50,300 bases of DNA from Vicinamibacteria bacterium (lineage in GTDB: Bacteria > Acidobacteriota > Vicinamibacteria > Fen-336), in NCBI GenBank assembly GCA_036556965.1, contig DATBIO010000144.1:1-50300 (forward strand). The letters run 5' to 3'. The notes under the pieces were generated by a model. That model did not search any database. It saw nothing but the letters and a program-made list of their open reading frames with translations, and had not been told where the DNA came from. Below are positions 50,001 to 50,300 of the stretch, in pieces. The translations under genes were made by a program, and so were the position numbers. Position 1 is the stretch's first letter. Each line of letters opens with the position of its first letter.

Positions 50001-50300
50001 GCAACGTGCTCGCCCCCGACGGCACGCTGCTGCGGCCGACGCTGGACATCGGCGCCGTGGACGTGTCCGCCATCCGCGACACGCGCGACAACCCGCTGAA
50101 CCCCATCCGCGGCGGGTTCCTGAGCGTGAACGTCCAATACGCTCCCCGCTTCCTGGGCTCCGACTTCGACTTCGTGCGCACCTTCGGCCAGGTCAGCTTC
50201 ATCCACGACCTGAACCGGTGGCTGGTGTGGGCCCACGGCTACCGCCTGGGCCTCATCCACACCTTCCAGCGGGAGCGCCTGCCCTACGACGACCTGTTCA
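44027..50300 (+). CDS. Giant fusion ORF: TamB/AsmA-like (DUF490) protein joined in frame to ~5 POTRA repeats and an Omp85 (BamA/TamA-like) beta-barrel; 3' end beyond the window
   Basis: I translated frame +2 codon by codon from GTG 44027 to 50300 and found no stop. The preceding in-frame stop is TGA 43985-43987. It is absent from the ORF track because it has no stop inside the window. N-terminal anchor VNRRSTIYSVLALAVAGGLLLLVGWF, then beta-rich repeats. A DUF490-like module spans about 47680-48410 (...PRLVLTSEPPLSEQELATLVATGRS...RFTIGKQITRQLRLLYSVS...). POTRA-like repeats span about 48430-49560 and barrel onset DNLFGRGMSLGGRFRAGQ is at about 49640. Confidence 0.85.
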   Translation, partial: MNRRSTIYSVLALAVAGGLLLLVGWFPQEYLRRPLERRLRAALGPGSRIARLHVVPGRLVVDVWGLVIDHPSYRLEVPHARLRLHPGLLLMRPLAFKEVALERPHLVLHPEVGPGTPGPPLRDPIFASQVAASGGTVEYLLPGDGGERILFRNVVVGGSIGQGWLDVAAAGGTWTRAPHAYALGEVSGRLRLSTRLDIRIERLELGTTDSRVRVTGSVGRLGDIRPDLRVEGSLDLRDVARFDPAVPPLSGSLDIEARAAKEGEEWGLTATARGGGLTVAGWPIEELEARIGRGEPPRADVQVDARLLGGRAAGAARLDGKTVRDGRLELSGIDLDRLSRQGVDLGLPLRGRVGGELTVAGPLGGALAVRGQLRADGHSGETAIQARATVAGRYDTAARAVNADFTLVLDADGRMGPAAVSVETAHLTARGQARGPLPPAIAASFDGTLDLRTASGPETVPVRGTARVHRGSTVFDLSARGFGGSLQAGGDLRGAVVRRLRVVGTSLSMASLRPDLAGTGDLRLEASGPVARLSGTADLDLRDVVWRNVVVGPATASVHATGGRGTLAFAAPELNASGAGTIDRRAFVGTLSLTQTPLAPLQPLLTPDRPLAGEVTGSVDVELPWSAPEGSVVTAVVEALSVETRAFSARARRPFTLVSRGGRYSLADLDIEGPGLVFQGAGELGRDAGDPIDLRGRLALDLSRLRVPDGWTLAGTISGDVELAGSLAQPLADGRIELSGVVFQRPGLPLITVEDGEVELEGDVATTTGLRASWAGGELILEGLVPLAAVLTPEQAQRLGIEPAPFDVEASFDLDLAYLPVRPGWSLTGLLEGDLVFSGTRQDPRAVGLLLLAGIGVEAPGGHLLTINEGTVDLSDYVASTDGITASLAGGTVELRGTAPLAALLADTWSSRFQMTPGEADLRLAWRDVQAGRLLDVLKPRRASGVVALVSGNATVRGRFRSVDTLAGTLHVDPVRAAVQGAEIDVSAFDATLEDGQVTTPGLTVSSSAASLYADADLDLRAKAVAGRGSGQIELRALSPFLEEGVVTGVAEVDITVEGPLSAPRPAGRIAVADGTLRLREIRQPMTAIAGNIVVDEGRFRVEGLSGMLGGGVVKVGGEGGLDGLRLADVRLEIQGEDLGLRYPVGGAEGGGVWQELKARVDADLVLTGSWGDFQLAGTLDAERSLYDADIFLAQGLLAPEVPPPAAETRSPFMDSVALNILVATPNPFVVRNNLAELEAEGALWLRGSLGDPTPFGHFEIRPGGKVFLQEREFVVETGSIGYEGDRTNPELSIRATTQIDESEGPIEVTVAVDGGLETPRLVLTSEPPLSEQELATLVATGRSSLALDGGAWVVGEQAAALLAGRLTRAVSRELMGLGLDQVDIQPEVLAREGEPSARFTIGKQITRQLRLLYSVSISEPEAQYYQALLRFRRGMEASVKVQRRLEGNYAYSVGQRLRFGGAPLPRDTDLEATELAEVRLEEGLREFPQLRARLRAKPGKKMTYFDLLEDADRLREELVGQGYLEAVVDVRLDGQVAVFGGSSGIRYRWRVEGMGEPPDLAGDFRESLFEEEAADRGRERLLDELRRRGHLRASVEVERVREDGFRTLVFRVDPGPVLRPEITFPGATELSASALEKAAGGPAAFLTAPRDAEEGIRAAYRQSHYLAAKAGPVQVTEGADGSVRIVVPIEEGPHAVVKSVRLEGATRPEAEILAQAALPTGEPYDEFEVTAGVQRVRAHYLGLGYPAVRVVPRVEPAGTDLEVVIAIAEGQAQTIGAVTIVGLRRTRESLVRGRIPLQPGAPLDPRRLAETERRLRSLGIFRRVVVIASSDPVAAITVDVTEDSRYIASWDASFNDEEGWSGLVDGEVDNLFGRGMSLGGRFRAGQRVLEERVSFHVPVLGPGNFTAAAWRLDETVRVVTEVPLGIAPGPPFDGRKLEYGMRVQQALHDFRPWSFIYGAGIKRTSCPEQGLPPLNRDRRGRLSDPCENSDRNVLAPDGTLLRPTLDIGAVDVSAIRDTRDNPLNPIRGGFLSVNVQYAPRFLGSDFDFVRTFGQVSFIHDLNRWLVWAHGYRLGLIHTFQRERLPYDDLF

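Noticed and set aside
43997-50260. Track ORFs 43997..45703(-), 44215..49959(+, 1914 aa) and 46001..50260(-, 1419 aa)
   Set aside because: All three are Arg/Gly/Pro/His-rich shadows. The real coding frame is +2 (44027 onward), which gives TamB, POTRA and Omp85 motifs and was not listed because it lacks a stop in the window.

Overview
50.3-kb, very GC-rich chromosomal segment of a diderm bacterium (my hand counts of 60-nt lines were mostly 68-80% G+C). The genes are largely housekeeping and densely packed, with many 4-nt ATGA/GTGA start-stop overlaps. They include prfA (partial), an SGNH-like ORF, prmC, an orphan ADOP/MacB-type permease, murA-mutY, a HIT protein, a Ser/Thr kinase, ileS-lspA-lgt-rluD, metH, an M19 dipeptidase, a hybrid PAS histidine kinase, an M48 peptidase and egtD. 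The ADOP family is typical of Acidobacteriota, so that phylum is my best but unproven guess. I support 40 CDS (one very tentative), one tRNA (tRNA-Sec, selC) and a few hairpins and promoter-like boxes. I saw no CRISPR array, transposase, integrase, phage gene or rRNA. Most long Arg/Gly/Pro/Ala-rich ORFs in the supplied track are shadow ORFs of the real genes. Four things stand out. (1) Frame +2 is open from GTG 44027 to the window end (>2,090 codons). It is missing from the ORF track because it has no stop inside the window. It encodes a TamB/AsmA-like protein fused in frame to about five POTRA repeats and an Omp85 barrel. (2) selC lies at 41133-41231. (3) A myo-inositol-1-phosphate synthase operon ends in a GT-C glycosyltransferase. 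(4) There are three fusion proteins: Rieske-FMN reductase, PilZ-DUF4177 and HEAT-PQQ. I see no canonical defence or mobile system, so the TamB-Omp85 fusion is the best candidate for something undescribed.
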